Assembly (NCBI RefSeq): GCF_009914755.1
Contig: NC_060928.1
Reading direction: 5' to 3' (one strand)
Length of the DNA stretch: 64,000 bases
Origin: the human T2T-CHM13v2.0 reference genome, Homo sapiens
The notes beneath the pieces are model-generated. The model made no database searches. It was not told where the DNA came from and saw nothing but the letters and a program-made list of their open reading frames with translations. Positions 14,412-28,860 of the stretch are shown piece after piece (the stretch's first letter is position 1; every line of letters begins with the position of its first letter). A program made the position numbers and the translations under genes.

Positions 14412-15732
14412 AGAAAGGCAAAATTGCATTCAGTGTTGCCAAAACCCAGCCAATATTCACTATAGCTTGTGACCGACTATAAATGAGAAGTCTTGGGCAA
14501 TTTGTGTAAAATACTTTATGTCTAAAGCAAGAGCCTCAATTCATTTCTTCTGAACATACTGTTCTTTTCTACATTCCTCTTCCTATATTACACCCACCCC
14601 ACCCACCATATACCACCAGCTGCACACAGCTATTGCTGTTTTAGAAAACTGTATGTACTAGCTGATGTAAAAATGGAAACAAAAAAAACAACTGGTGGTT
14701 TTTAAATAGTTTTTACTATAAAACTTATATATACCATTATAGAAATTTGAAAGTGAAGAAAATTATAATGAAAACCATAAAAATAATTTATAATTGTACT
14801 ACATGAGGTAGATTCCTATAAATATTTTGTTATATTTCCTTCCAGGTTTTATATTGCTATTGTAGTTTTGTCTATGCATTTGTATAGTAATGTAAACATA
14901 ATCTATTCCTATAAGGTTATAATACAAAATTTGGACCATGTAGTCTATTCAGATTTGGTGTGGGGGCCACTGGCTTTTTTTTTTTTAGCTTTGTTTTATA
15001 ATGAACATTTTTACTCAAATTTATGATTTTTCCCCATGTATATGCACATATATTTTTAAGAAATTTGTAGTTTGGGTGGCCTTTAAAGAGCCATGTGGAA
15101 TAACTTTGCCTAAAAGTCTGTGAAGAAACAAAACAACTGCACGACCTCAAGTAACCCTGGAAAAGGGTACCCACAAGGGGAAGCGATTGGAAATCAGCCC
15201 AAGAGCTTGCCAGGAAGAAGCAAAGAGGGAGCGAGCCAGCAGAAATCAAATGATTTAGCAAGGGGGGTAGAAGTCACTTGGAGCCAAAGAACTGCCCAGT
15301 TAGTCCCTTCTGAGAAAGGAAACACTGTTAATAGCAGAAGCCTAGGTTCTGGCATCAATTTAACTTGCATCATAGTCTGTTACCACTTTCTGTCCTCAGT
15401 CTGCCACCCCACCCAGAACTGCTATATTTTCTGGTGTCTCCATGCCCTTCCCAGTCCCACTAAGAATCTATTTATAACAGCAGGAGCTCGCCTTGGTCCA
15501 CTGTGACACACAGGCTGCTTTGCTGGGAAAGTTCTTCCTGACTCACTGGGGCTGCATGAAGCCTGGGGAGGGAGTTGGTGAGGCAAGCTTCTGGCGTGAC
15601 TGTCCTTAGAATGTGTACTGAGTTTCCTCATGGTTCACTGCTCCCGTCTGTGACTCAACGAGAAATGTAGAACACACGTGAAAACTGTGTGAGCCATAGG
15701 CATTTGATTTGGTGGGTGGGGGGCGCGGAGCT

Positions 15733-15802
15733 ACATTGAATTCATAACTATGGAAATTGTTTTTTCCAACATTAAATTCATAACAATGGAAATAGTTTTT
15801 TC
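15733..15802. repeat. Two-copy 36-bp tandem duplication
   Basis: ACATTGAATTCATAACTATGGAAATTGTTTTTTC and ACATTAAATTCATAACAATGGAAATAGTTTTTTC, period 36. Confidence 0.9.
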
Positions 15803-17328
15803 TCTGTAAATTTTCTGCCTCCCTTAATCTATAGTGCTACCTGACCCTTTAACATTGGCCATGAACAAATCACAGAACTATTTTCCTTAAAAGATGAGTG
15901 AGAGGAAATTCTAAAACTGGTTAGGAGCGATGTTTTAAAAATTGCCATGTATTAATACTATCAAATAACCAAATATTATTTGATCATATCAAATCAGGGC
16001 GAAAGGTAAATTTTATGAGATTCAAGTGCAACTTACCTAAAAGTAATATTTTAAAATTGACACCCTGTTTTCCTACAAAAGTCCCATGGTCTCTTAATTT
16101 GCCAGTGAAAATTACTGGGCTAATTTTGTTTGTTAATGAGATAAATGCCAAACACAAGTGTGAGTTAGGCTTGACACTGTGAATGAAGCCACTATGATAT
16201 GTAATGTCAAAACCATCTCTCATCAAAAAGCACTACCAGCGTGTCATGTCTAGATCCTGGGTGTAAACCCTTGGTTAATAATAGCATAGAAAATCACAAA
16301 TTTATTCACACTATAAATATGTGCAAAGAAAATACAGATTTCCACTTCCTCCTATAATTGAGTCTATCTTTCTCATAAGCCTCTACCTGATGGATAATGA
16401 AAGGGAAAAAAACTTAATATAGTCTGACTCAATAATTTAAAATATCCCTTTGGTAAATGCTCCATCTCTGAGGTCATGAATGAGGTCAAGTTCAGTCTCT
16501 TAAATGTCACTCTAGATCATCTCTGGCTTTATCAGCAAAGAGTGTGGCTTATATGATCAGATGGTGACAGAGGAGACAAGAGGTATCCTCTGGACCCTCA
16601 TTGGCCCCTTAGGCACAGTGACTTGTTCAGGCTGGATTTAAACACTAAATTGTGACGAGTCCATCTCTGGGCTTCCTGCTGACATCTGTTACTGAAAGGC
16701 TGCTGCGTTTCCTGGCTTCATGTGTGGGATTCTGTGGAGCCTCCTCATGTTCCAGGCTTGGGTTTGCCATGAGGAAGTGCTGCAGCCTGTCAGAGTCTGC
16801 CCCTCCTCTTCCCTCTGCCCTTGGCCTAGGCTGTGCACTCAGCTGTGAGGGCATCCCTTACCCTTCTCCTTTTACAGATCCCTGGCCCATTTACTGGCTC
16901 TCCTTGGAGGCCTGTGGGCTTGTTTGAGTTCCATTCACATCCCAGAGGTGTCAAAAATACCTGGGAAAGCTAAACCTGGCCCTTCTTCTGCTCAATCCTG
17001 TTCTGCTACTCAGTGCTCAGCTGCGACCATCCTGCCCCCTCCACCATCCCATGTTGAGGTGGTCACTCTATACAGAAGCTCCTTACAGGGTTCCAAACTG
17101 GGCAAATTTTTCTCATCCTTCGACCCAACACCTCTCCTCCCTTGGCTCCTGACCAGAAAGAGGAAAAATGGGGACATGTATGTCTCACCCAGCCTCTCTC
17201 ATTTTTCTCTCCTTCTAACATTCTCCTGGTAGGGGGAGAGTTAGGCAAGGATTCCCTTAGGTAAACTCCACAAACTGCCAGTCTTTCCTCTTGAAATTTC
17301 AAAGAATCTTGGTTATTAGAAATACCTC

Positions 17329-19823
17329 ACCTGGCAGAGACACAACAAATAAAGAAAGCTTCAGGCCAATATCCTTGATGAACATCAATGCAAAAATCCT
17401 CAACAAAATACTGGCACACTGAATCTAGAATCACATAGAAAAACTAATCCACCATGATCAAGTAGGCTTTATCCCTGAGATGCAGGGATTATGCAAATCA
17501 ATAAATGTGATTCATCACATAAACAGAACTAAAGACAAAAACCACATAATTATCTTAATAGATGCAGAAAAGGCTTTTGATAAAATTCAACACACCTTTA
17601 TGATAAAAACTCTCAACAAACTAGGTATTGAAGTAACATACCTCAAAATAATAAAAACCATCTATGACAAACCTACAGCCAACATCATACTGAATGAGCA
17701 AGCTAGAAGCATTCCCCTTGAAAATCAGCACAAGACAAGAATGCTCTCTCTCACCACTCCTATTCAACATAGTATTGGAAGTCCTGGCCAGAGCAGTAAG
17801 GCGAGAGAAAGAAATAAAGGACATCCAAATAGGAAGAGAGGAAGTCAAACTATTGTTGTTTACAGATGACATGATTCTATATCTAGAAAACCCCATAGCC
17901 CTGGCCCAAAGGCTCCTTCAGCTGATAAACAACTTCAGCAAAGTCTCAGGATACAAAATCAAAATACAAAAGTCACTAACATCCCTATACACCAACAATA
18001 GCTAAGCTGAGAGCCAAATCCGGAATGCAATTCCATTCACAATTGCCACAAACATAATAAAATACATAGGAATACAGCCAACCAGGTGAAAGATCTCTAC
18101 AATGAGAATCACAAACCACTGCTCAAAGAAATCAGAGATGACACAAACAAATGGAAAAACATTTCATGCTCATGGATAGGAAGAATCAATATCATTAAAA
18201 TGGCCATACTATCCAAAACAACTTATAGATGCAATGCTATTCCTGTCAAACTACCAATACCATTCTTCACAGAACTAGAAAAAACTACTTTAAAATTCAT
18301 ATGGAACTAAAAAAGAGCCCAAATAGCCAAGGAAATCCTAAGCAAAAAGAACAAAGCTGGAGATGTCACACTGTCCAACTTCAAACTATACTACAGGGCT
18401 ACAATAACCAAAACAACACGGTACTAGAACAAAAAGAGGTACCTAGACCAATGTAACAGAATAGAGAGTCCAGAAATAAGGCCACACATCTACAACCATC
18501 TGATCTTTGAGAAGGTTGACAAAAACAAGCAATAGAAAAACAACCAAAACAAAAATAGAAAAAATGCCCTATTCAATAAATGGTGCTGGGGTAACTGGCT
18601 AGCCATATGCAAAAGATTGAAACTAGGGCCCTTCCTTATGCCATATACAAAAATTAACTCAAGATGGATTAAACCTTATATGTAAAACCCCCAAAAAACA
18701 AAAATCCTGAAAGACAACCTAGGCAGTGCCATCCTGGACAAAGATTTCATGACAAAGACAACAAAAGCTTTTGCAACAAAAGCAAAAATTGACAAATTGG
18801 ATGTAATTAAACTAAAGAGCTTCTGCACAGCAAAAGAAACTATCAACAGTGTAAACAGACAAGCTACAGAACGGGAGAAAATATTTGCAAACTATGCATC
18901 TGACAAAGGTCTAATATCCAGCATCTATAATGAACTTAAATACACTTACAAGAGAAAAAACAAACAACTGCATTCAAAAGTGGGCCAAGAACATAAACAG
19001 ATACTTTTCAAAAGAAGACATACATGTGGCCAACAAGCATATGAAAAAATGTTCGACATCACTGATCACTAGAGAAATGCAAATCAAAACAATGAGATGC
19101 CATCTCACACCAGTCAGAATGGCTATTATTAAAAAGTCAAAAAAGTAACAGATGCTGGCGAGGTTGTGGAAAAAAAGGAATGCTTATACACTGTTGGTGG
19201 GAGGATAAATTAGTTCAACCACTGTGGAAAGCAGTGTGGCGATTCCTCAAAGGGCTAAAAACTGAACTAACATTTGACCCAGCAATCCCATTACTGGGTA
19301 TATATGTGAAGGAATATAGATCATTCTACCATAAAGACACATGCACATGAATGTTCACTGTGGCACTATTTACAATAGCAAAGACATGGAATCAACCTAA
19401 ATGCCCACCAATAAAAGATTAGATAAAGGAAATGTGGTACATATACACCATGAACTACTACGGAGCCATAAAAAAGAATGAGATCAAGTCCTTTGCAGGG
19501 ACGTGGATGGAGCTAGAGGCCATTTTCCTTAGAAAACTAATGCAGGAGCCGAAAATGAAATACCGCATGTTCTCACTTATAAGTGGGAGCTAAATGACAA
19601 GAACACATGGACACAAAGAGGGAAACAACAGACACTCGGGCCTACCAGAGGTTGGAGGGTCGGAGGAGGAAGAGGACCAGGAAAGATAAGTAATGGGTAC
19701 TAGGCTTAACACTGGGATGGGGAAATAATCTGTACAACAAACCCCCACGACATGAGTTTACCTACATAACAAACCTGAATATGTACCCCTGGACTTAAAA
19801 TAAAAGTTAAAAAAAAAAAAAAA
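17329..19823 (+). mobile_element. 5'-truncated older L1PA (L1PA13-16-like) with broken ORF2 reverse transcriptase
   Basis: RT fragments [31 protein letters not shown] and [10 protein letters not shown] with stops and frameshifts; 3'UTR 'aatgggtactaggcttaa...atctgtacaacaaacccc'; poly-A; possible degenerate TSD AGAAATACCTCA / AGGAATTCCTCA. Confidence 0.95.
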
Positions 19824-19923
19824 GGAATTCCTCAGTCTCACTCCCCACAGCCTGGATTTCAAAACCTTTGGCTTGTTTAAGAAGTTAAGAAAATCAGCTT
19901 TGAGATTCAATGCCTCTCTGGGC

Positions 19924-20986
19924 CATTGATTCCTAAAGAGAGTAGCATATCCCACTAGGAGGTATTTTTGGAAAGCTGTGGGGTTACTTTTGGTTAAGAT
20001 TTAGAGGGTAGGGGCTATTGGTATTTAGTAGATGGGGGTCCAGAATTATCAACATGGTGTAATGAAGGAGACAGTCCCACAATGAAAAATCATTCCATCC
20101 CAAGTTTGTGTAGGCCAAAAAATCTGATTATAACTTTTTTAGCTTAGAACCTTAACTCTAATGGTGCTTCTGTATGGTTTAAATATAAACGATACATTTA
20201 GTTTGTATAAACCAATATAAAATTCCCAGTAATGCACCTACCACATATGTGAGGGAATATCACTATGCCTTGTTTGATATATTACCGAGGGTTTTTTCCT
20301 ATTTGAAAAAGTCACCAAGGTTCTACTTTTTGTTGAGTCACATAGCTGGATAGCTCTGCATGGCTAGTTGCCATACTCAGGATGACTGTGGAAGCACAAG
20401 TATTTTGTCTTCTGGTGTCATTTGTATCCAAGCATTATGTTGAAATGCTTATTAGTTCACCATTTGCCAATTATCATGAAATGCATATTATGATTTCACC
20501 ATTTGCCAATTTCCTCTATTTCTCCTTTATGTTATAATTAGAGCACTCTAATGTGCTCGAATTTAAATAATGTAGTATCTTGTGTTAGCTCTAAAATTTC
20601 TTTCTAAGATAGTAAAGGGAAAAGAAAATATAAAACTATTTGTTGGGGGAGAAAGGATTTGGGGAAACATTGGTCAACAGACACAAAATTTCCAGTTACA
20701 CAGGAGGAATGAGTTCAAGAGACCTATTGAACATCATGGTGTCTATAGTTAATAACAATATATTGTATACTTGAAAATTGCAAGAAGACTTCAAGCACTT
20801 ACCACAAAAAATACATATGTGATGTCATGCATATGTTAAAGAGCCTGATTTAGCCATTCCACAATGTGCACATTTATCAAAACATCATGCTAGATACCAT
20901 AGGTATACACAATTTTTGTCAAGTAAAAATATATAAATAAATATTTGTTATGTAGGGTTGGAATCAGATAAGGTTAAGAGCCTCTG
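19924..20986. mobile_element. MER20B-like hAT-Charlie element, interrupted by L1MA
   Basis: MER20-like 'ggggctattggtatttagtagatggggg...gacagtcccacaatgaaaaatcattcc'; resumes after the L1MA with 'atttgttat...gataaggttaagagcctctg'. Contains a ~39 bp local duplication at ~20437-20511. Confidence 0.6.
20645..20942 (+). mobile_element. L1MA 3'UTR fragment
   Basis: 'caggaggaatgagttcaagagacctattg...gatttagccattccacaatgt...aaaacatcatg' is typical L1MA 3' end. Confidence 0.85.
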
Positions 20987-21019
20987 TTCTATGCAGTTCC
21001 TATTTTTCCACTTTCCATA

Positions 21020-21230
21020 TTGAGTGCTTCCTGTGTGCCAGATACTAAGTATTTCCCATACTTGCTCTCCTTCACTCTTCCCAACCTTCTATCGATGATA
21101 TAAAACTACATAATTTTATATTGTTTATATAAACTAAAGCTTAAAGAATCTAAGTAAACCAGTAAGTGGAAAAATCCAAGATTCAAGTTCAAGTCCACCT
21201 AGCTGCAAGGCCTGGCATCTTAACCATTCC
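21020..21230 (-). mobile_element. MIR
   Basis: 'ttgagtgcttcctgtgtgccagatact...aagattcaagttcaagtcc...tcttaacca'. Confidence 0.65.
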
Positions 21231-21825
21231 ACTTTTTTAACTAATGTAGAAAAAGGTCATCTTTTAAAAATATTACTACCATATTTCTATGTATATAGTT
21301 TAATAACCTAGTTATTGAAGATATTTATCTAGCAATTAAAAGGAGCAGCAACTAAGCACTAGAGCCTTTTGTTTTAATGTACCCTTTGTGTAGTTTTTAA
21401 TAAACTCTGTTACCTAATTGCCTTACTTAGCATATCTCTGTGCTATTAAAACTTCTTTAATGTTTTATGTGGAAAAAATACTAATCCTTAAAATGTAAGT
21501 TATTAGCTAAGAATTTTTAAATACAGTATTTCTCCAGAGTCCTTCATCCAGAAAATCCTAAGTACTTTAGCAACACTAGTCATATATGGAAAATAGTCCC
21601 ACTCTCTAATTATAAAAAATGACAATGAGTACATTTCCATCCAAGCTGTTACCTCAGAGAGGAGTCAGATCACAGAACACCTAAAAAGTGCAATAGACTC
21701 ATCCAGTTTCAGAGAAGGGTTTTGCTCAGCAGCCATTGTGCATCTAGGTCAACAGAGAATGTCAGCTGATAAAAATCAGGACAATGATGAGTGCCTGTAA
21801 TATGACCACCACTTTACATGTATTA

Positions 21826-22300
<475 letters not shown>

Positions 22301-23093
22301 TTATTATACAGAAGGACAACTGAGGGCTCCAAGAGGTTTAAGTGACTTAAGAGACTCCAACCACAGAGTGTGCAAGCTGGGATTTGAGCCCGGCATGTTC
22401 TATTATGCTAATCTACTCAACTTCATGTGTGTGGGGATTTGAGGCAGTTACAGCGAGTCATATTACGACTGAGGGGAGTTTTGGTGCGGGCTATGGATTA
22501 AACCTCCAGTTAAGTCTTGCTTACACCTAGGAAGTCTAATATCCAGTGAATGTTCCCAACTGTCTCTAACACATAAGGATTTCGCTGGATTTGGGCAGTT
22601 AACATGCCACTTCAAGGATGAGAATGTTTCTTGGGAAATCCAACAGTGACAGGAAAGCTTGAGTACACTCTTTAATAGCATGCAAATGATGGGGCTGGAA
22701 ATTCCCAGAACCGTTTTCCACTGTCCTGCACTCTCTCTATTTTTGGTATTGCTATTCAATAGCTCTCATGTCCTAGGAAAATCATATCACTGCTGAGAAA
22801 CTCTTTCTTTAAAGGCATCTATAACTTCCATGCTCTCATCATCTTCTTTCATTTGTTTTGGGACAGAACTTTAGAAAGTTAAATTGAAAATTTAAAAACT
22901 AAATATAAAAGCAGCAGCCACTGGGTGTCACTGATTTACCACTTGAATGTACCTCATCCCACATATCTATAGCAGGAAAAAACCTGGCCTTTTTATTGGA
23001 CTATTTCAAAGCACTTTATGTTCTTGAGTGCTATAGATAAGCAGAAGAATTTAAAATGTTTAAAACATGAATCTTCTGACACTGAGAAGCTCA

Positions 23094-23550
<457 letters not shown>

Positions 23551-24753
23551 TAAATCAGGACTTTCATGTTGTATTTTTATTTAAAGATAATTCTCTAAAG
23601 CCAGGAACACAGTACCCATTATTTCATTCTTGCTCATATCCCCCCCTCCCCCACCAATTCTATATCTAAGATGAAGAAAAAGAAATCATTTCAGAACATT
23701 TCCAAAAGAATGTCAGGATTCACCTCCTTTCCAAGGTGGCCAAATAGGAACAGCTTTGGTCTGCAGCTCCCAGCGTGATCAACATAGAAGATGGGTGATT
23801 TCTGCATTTCCAACTGAGATACCTGGTTCATCTTATTGGGACTGGTTGGACAGTGGGTGCATCCCATAGAGGGTGAGCCAAAGCAGGGTGGGGTGTCGCC
23901 TCACCCGGGAAGTGCAAGGGATCTGGGGATTTCCCTTTCCTAGCCAAGGGAAGCCATGACAGACTGTTCTTGGAAAAACAGGACAATTTCACCCAAATAC
24001 TACACTTTTCCCAAGGTCTTAGCAACCAGCAGACAAGGAGATTCTCTCCCGTTCCTGGCTCAGTGGGTCCCACACCCACGGAGCCTTGCTCACTGCTAGC
24101 ACAGCAGTCTGAGATTGAACTGTGAGGCGGCAGCCTGGCTGGGGGAGGGACATCTGCCATTGCTGAGGTTTGAGTAGGTGAACGAAGCAGCCAGGAAGCT
24201 TGAACAGGGTGGAGCCCACCGCAGTTCAGCAAGGCCTACTGCCTCTATAGACTCCACCTCTGTGGGTAGGGCATAGCTGAACAAAAGGCAGTAGACTTCT
24301 GCAGACTTAAACCTCCCTGACAGCTCTGAAAAGAGCAGTGGTTCTCCCAGCACGGTGTTTGATCTCTGAGAACAGACAGACTGCCTCCTCAAGTGGATCC
24401 CCGACCCCTGTGTAGCATAACTGGGAGACACCTCCCAGTAGGGGCCGACAGACACCTCATATAGGCGGGTGACCCTCTGGGATGAAGCTTCCAGAGGAAG
24501 GATCAGGCAGCAATATTTACTGTTCTGCAACATTTGCTGTTCTTCAGCCTCCATTGGTGATACCCAGGCAAACAGGGTCTGGAGCAGACCTCCAGCAAAC
24601 TCCAACAGACCTGCAGCTGAGGGATCTGACTGTTAGAAGAAAAACTAACAAACAGAAAGGAATAGCATTAACATCAACAAAAAGGACATCTATACCAAGA
24701 CTCCATCTGTAGGTCACCAACATCAAAGACCAAAGGTAGATAAAACTGCAAAG

Positions 24754-25776
24754 ATGGGGAGAAACCAGAACAGAAAAGCTGAAAATTCTAAAAACCAGAG
24801 TGCCTCTTCTCCTCCAAAGGATCACAGCTCCTCGCCAGCTACAGAACAAAGCTAGATGGAGAATGACTTTGATGAGTTGACACAAGTAGGCTTCAGAAAG
24901 TCAGTAATAACAAACTTCTCTGAGCTAAAGGAGCATGTTCTAACCCATTGCAAGGAAGCTAAAAACCTTGAAAAAAAGGTTAGATGAATGGCTGACTAAA
25001 ATAAACAGTATAGAGAAGACCTTAAATGACCTAATGGAGCTGAAAACCATAGCACAAGAACTTCATGATGCCTGCACAAGCTTCAATAGCAGATTCGATC
25101 AAGTGGAAGAAAAGGTAACAGTGATTGAAGATCAAATTAATGAAATAAAGTGAGAAGACAAGTTTAGAGAAAAAAGAGTAAAAGGAAACAAACAAAGCCT
25201 CCAAGAAATATGGGACTATGTGAAAAGACCAAATCTATGTCGGATTGGTGTGCCTGAAAGTGACGGGGAGAATGGAACCAAGTTGGAAAACACTCTGCAG
25301 GATATTATCTAGAACTTCCCCAACATAGCAAGGCAGGCCAACATTCAAATTCAGGAAATACAGAGAACATCACAAAGATACTCCTCAAGAAAAGCAACCC
25401 CAAGACACATAATCATCAGATTTGCCAAGGTTGGAATGAAGGAAAAAATGTTAAGGGCAGCCAGAGAGAAAGGTCGGGTTACCCACAAAGGGAAGCCCAT
25501 CAGACTAACAGCTGATCTCTCGGCAGAAACCCTACAAGCCAGAAGAGAGTGGGGGCCAATATTCAACATTCTTAAAGAAAAGAATTTTCAACCCAGAATT
25601 TCATATTCAGCCAAACTAAGCTTCATAAGTGAAGGAGAAATAAAATCCTTTACAGACAAGCAAATGCTGAGAGATTTTGTCACCACCAGGCCTGCCTTAC
25701 AACAGCTCCTGAAGGAAACACTAAACATGGAAAGAACAACCAGTACCAGCCACTGCAAAAACATACCAAATTGTGA
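24754..25776 (+). pseudogene. Disrupted L1 ORF1p
   Basis: Fragments 'RLDEWLTKINSIEKTLNDLMELKT' and 'KEKMLRAAREKGRVTHKGKPIRLTADLSAETLQARREWGPIF', with in-frame stops and frameshifts. Confidence 0.9.
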
Positions 25777-25839
25777 AGACCGTAGACACTATGAAGAAAC
25801 TGCATCAATTAATGGGCAAAATAACCAGCTAACATCATA

Positions 25840-26670
25840 ATGACAGGATCAAATTCACACATAACAATATTAACCTTAAATGTAAATGGGCTAAATGCCC
25901 CAATTAAAAGAAACAGACTGGCAAATTGTATAAAGAGTCAAGACCCATCAGGACCCATCAGTGTGCTGTATTCAGGAGACCATCTCACATGCAGAGACAC
26001 ATGTAGGCTCAAAATAAAGGGATGGAGAAAGATCTACCAAGCAAATGGAAAGCAAAAAAAAAAAAGCAGGGGTTGCAATCCTAGTCTCTGATAAAACAGA
26101 CTTTAAACCAACAAAGATCAAAAGAGACAAAGAAGGCCATTACATAATGGTAAAGGGATCAATTCAACAAGAAGAGCTAACTATCCTAAATATATATGCA
26201 CCCAATACAGGAGCACCCAGATTCATAAAGCAAGTCCTTAGAGACCTAGAAAGAGACTTAGACTCCCACACAATAGTAATGGGAGACTCTAACACCCCAC
26301 TGTCAACATTAGACAGATCAACGAGACAGAAAGTTAACAAGGATAGCCAGGACTTGAATTCAGCTATGCACCAAGCAGACCTAATAGACATCTACAGAAC
26401 TCTCCACCCCAAATCAACAGAATATACATTCTTCTCAGCATCACATCGCACTTATTCTAAAATTGACCACATAATTGGCAGTAAAGCACTCCTCAGCAAA
26501 TGTAAAAGAACAGAAATCACAACAAACTATCTCAGACCACAGTGCAATCAAATTATAACTCAGGATTAAGAAGCTCACTCAAAACCACACAACTACATGG
26601 AAACTGAACAACCTGCTCCTGAACAACTACTGGGTAAATAACGAAATGAAGGCAGAAATAAAGATGTTCT
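25840..26670 (+). pseudogene. Disrupted L1 ORF2p APE-like endonuclease domain
   Basis: Motifs NIYAPNTGAPRFIK, GDSNTPLS and YSKIDH; frameshifted by a 10-bp duplication GACCCATCAG (25942-25961) and an A-run. Confidence 0.9.
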
Positions 26671-26968
26671 GGCTGTGCGCAGTGGCTCACGCCTGTAATC
26701 CCAGCACTTTGGGAGGTCCAGGCAGGTGGATCACGAGGTCAGGAGATTGAGACCATCCTGGCTAACACGGTGAAACCCCATCTCTACTAAATATACAAAA
26801 AATTAGCCAGGCGTGATGGTGGGTGCCTGTAGTTCCAGCTACTCAGGAGGCTGGGGCAGGAGAATGGCATGAACCCGGGAGGCGGAGCTTGCAGTGAGTG
26901 GAGATCGTGCCACTGCACTCCAGCCTAGATGACAGAGCGAGACTTCATCCAAAAAAAAGAAAAAGAAA
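26671..26968 (+). mobile_element. AluY-type SINE inside L1 ORF2
   Basis: Full dimer; TSD AGAAATAAAGATGTTCT / AGAAACAAAAATGTTCT. Confidence 0.95.
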
Positions 26969-27633
26969 AGAAACAAAAATGTTCTTTGAAACCAATGAGA
27001 ACAAAGACACAATGTACCAGAATCGCTGGGACATATCTAAAGCAGTGTGTAGAGGGAAATTCATAGCACTGGCTAGCCATATGTAGAAAGCTGAAACTGG
27101 ATCCCTTCCTTACACCTTATACAAAAATTAATTCAAGATGGATTAAAAACTTACATGTTAGACCTGAAATCATAACAACCCTAGAAGAAAACCTAGGCAA
27201 TACCATTCAGGACATAGGCATGGGCAAAGACTTCATGACTAAAACACCAAAAGCAATGGCAACAAAAGCCAAAATAGACAAATGGGATCTTATTAAACTA
27301 AGGAGCTTCTGCACAGCAAAACAAACTACCATCAGAGTGAACAAGCAACCTACAGAATGGGAGAAAATTTTTGCAATCTTCCCATCTGACAAAGGGCTAA
27401 TATCCAGAATCTACAAAGAACTTAAACAAATTTACAAGAAAAAACAAACAATCCCATCAAAAAGTGGGCAAAGGATATGAACAGACACTTCTCAAAAGAA
27501 GACATTTATGCAGCCAACAGACACATGAAAAAATGCTCACCATCACTGGCCATCAGAGAAATGCAAATCAAAACCACAATGAGATACCATCTCACACCAG
27601 TTAGAATGGCGATCATTAAAAAGTCAGGAAACA

Positions 27634-28011
<378 letters not shown>

Positions 28012-28639
28012 TCAACAATTGTGGAAGACAGTGTAGCGATTCCTCAAGGATCTAGAACTAGAAATACCATTTGACCCAGCAATCCCATTACTGGGTATAT
28101 ACCGAAAGGATTATAAATCATGCTACTATAAAGACACATGCACACATATGTTTATTGTGGAACTATTCACAATAGCAAAGACTTGGAACCAACCCAAATG
28201 TCCAACAATGATAGACTGGATTAAGAAAATGTGGCACATATACACCATGGAATACTATGCAGCCATAAAAAAGGATGAGTTCATCTCCTTTTCAGGGGCA
28301 TGGATGAAGCTGGAAACCATCAATCTGAGCAAACTATCACAAGGACAGAAAACCAAACACCACATGTTCTCACTCATTGAACAATGAGAAAACTTGGACA
28401 CAGGGCGGGGAACGTCACACACCAGGGCCTGTCGGGGGGTGGGGGCCTGGGGGAGGGATAGCATTAGGAGAAATATCTAATGTAAATGATGAGTTGACGG
28501 GTGCAGCAAATCAACATGGCACATGTATACCTATGTAATAAACCTGCACGTTGTGCACATATACCCTAGAACTTAAAGTATAATAATAAAAAAAAAAGGA
28601 ATTTCAGGATTCAGATTACGTTCCAAGTATCCAAAACAT

Positions 28640-28860
28640 GCTATTAGGTGACATCATTTAATATATGTCTATTCTTAGTATCTTATCTAATCCCCACCAC
28701 AAAAGAATAAGTAGGTTATCATTATCATCAGATGAAAACAATATCTGGGACTTAGAGAGAGTAAGTAACTTGTAATAAGATCACAAAGGAAGCAAGATGA
28801 AGACTTCAGACACAAGCCCACATCTTTAGCTCCCAAAGCCATGATCCTTCTGCTACACCA
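28640..28860 (-). mobile_element. MIR
   Basis: 'tatctaatccccaccac...aagtaggttatcattatc...agagagagtaagtaacttg...aagatcaca'. Confidence 0.6.

Noticed and set aside
17480-19148. Reverse-transcriptase ORFs as a novel RT system
   Set aside because: Ordinary fragmented LINE-1 ORF2 with stops and frameshifts.
23828-24885. Several antisense ORFs of 66-169 aa
   Set aside because: They lie in the L1 5'UTR/ORF1 and resemble generic L1 antisense translations; an intact ORF0 could not be verified.
28433-28458. G-quadruplex-like G-runs
   Set aside because: Standard L1 3'UTR G-rich tract.
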